Source: Lama guanicoe
Taxonomy: Eukaryota
DNA length: 64,000 nt
Assembly: GCA_013239625.1 (NCBI GenBank)
Contig: MU054338.1
Location: 6,984,724 to 7,048,723 of the forward strand
Direction of reading: 5' to 3'
The position numbers and the translations under genes are program-made. The notes beneath the pieces are model-generated. The model did no database searches and had not been told where the DNA came from. It was given only the letters and a program-made list of their open reading frames with translations. Shown here piece by piece: positions 62,940 to 64,000 of the stretch. The stretch's first letter is position 1. The number at the start of each line of letters is the position of its first letter.

Positions 62940-64000
62940 TTTATTTATTTCCTCTCTGTCTTCAAGATCACTTATGCATTCTCACTTATCACCTAGTCTG
63001 TTGATAATTCTTTCTAGTGCGTTTCTTTGGGGGCGGAGCGGGGAGGTAATTAGGTTTTTATTTATCATTAATGGGGGTACTAGAAATTGAACCCAGGACC
63101 TTGTGCATGCTAAGCACGCACTCTACCACTGAGCTATACCCTCCCCTCTTTCTAGGGTCTTAATTTCAGTTACTATATTCTTAAGCTCTAACTGGTCCTT
63201 TTTTATATTTTTTAGTTCCTTGTTACAATTCTCACTGTTCTTCTATTTTCTCAAGTGCAGTTAGCATTCTTATTACTAATACTTTAAACTCTTTATTCAG
63301 TATATTATTTCTCTCTTTAATCAGTTGTCCCACCAGGATTTTTTCCTTGTTCTTTTATATTAAAAAAAATTTCCTTTGTCTTCTCATTTTAACTTTGTCT
63401 CTATGAAATTAAGTGAAGCAGTTACCTATCCCATCTTTTGAAGGGGTGTCCTTACGTGGGCGGGTCCCAATGCAGTCTGTGGTGCCCAGTGGCTTTGGTG
63501 GGGTTGCTGGATCCAAAGTGAGCGTGACTTAGGTCTTTGCTCAGGGTGTGCTGGCAGTTGTCATCTTGTTGGCAAGTGAGGCTGGAGACGGAGGGGCTAG
63601 AGCCACAGCCGCGTGTGAGCCGGGCCTTCTGTGCGCAGTGGCTGTCACCGCCCTATCGGTGGGGCAGGCGCAGGTCCCAAGGTGCTGGAAGCAGGAGCCC
63701 TGAGGGTTGGGTCTGAGTTGGTCCTGTCCCCTCCAGGCGTGTGCGCTCTCTCCTCCCAGCAGTGGTACCTCTGCCCAGAGGAGAGCGGCGCTGGGGCAGG
63801 AGGGCTGTAGCGGGCCAGGCACACACGGGACCCCTGGCAAGCCAGGCAGAGGTGCAGGCAGTGCCGGGGCGAGTGAGCTACGTTCCCCACGTGTGCACTT
63901 TCCTCGGCAAAGCAGGCTGGTCCCTGGGGAGTGGGGGAGCTGGGCCAGGGCTCGCGGGGCCGGGGCGCATGCTGGGACGGTCACGGGAAACTGACCAGAG
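62940..64000 (-). mobile_element. L1-type 5' region (ORF1 relic and GC-rich 5'UTR) with a SINE at 63029-63146
   Basis: Antisense ORF1-like T-rich text followed by GC-rich 5'UTR-like sequence; the SINE is flanked by TCTTTCTAG. Confidence 0.55.

Overview
Mammalian genomic DNA, almost certainly a camelid (camel, alpaca or llama): about 18 copies of a tRNA-Ala(AGC)-derived SINE of the camelid Vic-1 type are present. The window lies in a KRAB zinc-finger cluster resembling human 19p13.2. From left to right: an LTR pile-up (0.2-8.3 kb); a ZNF177-like KRAB-ZNF gene (CpG promoter ~10.8-11.5 kb, CDS ~16.5-19.9 kb, 4 intact fingers) whose decayed finger array is split by insertions including an ELL2 retrocopy; ZNF846 (CpG promoter ~29.8-30.5 kb, CDS ~32.9-40.07 kb); a ZNF426/561-family pseudogene that breaks off inside its KRAB-A exon (41.8-47.15 kb); an intact OR7D4-like olfactory receptor on the minus strand (48576-49511); and a paralogous copy of the third gene's promoter block (56.6-59.7 kb) whose coding exons are not in the window. 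Gene names come from my recall of human protein sequences, not from a database search. I found no wholly new biological system. The best leads are evolutionary: an OR block abutting a broken KRAB exon, intronised former coding linkers, finger loss in ZNF846, and SINE 3' transductions and retroposed 3'UTRs with target-site duplications (TSDs).
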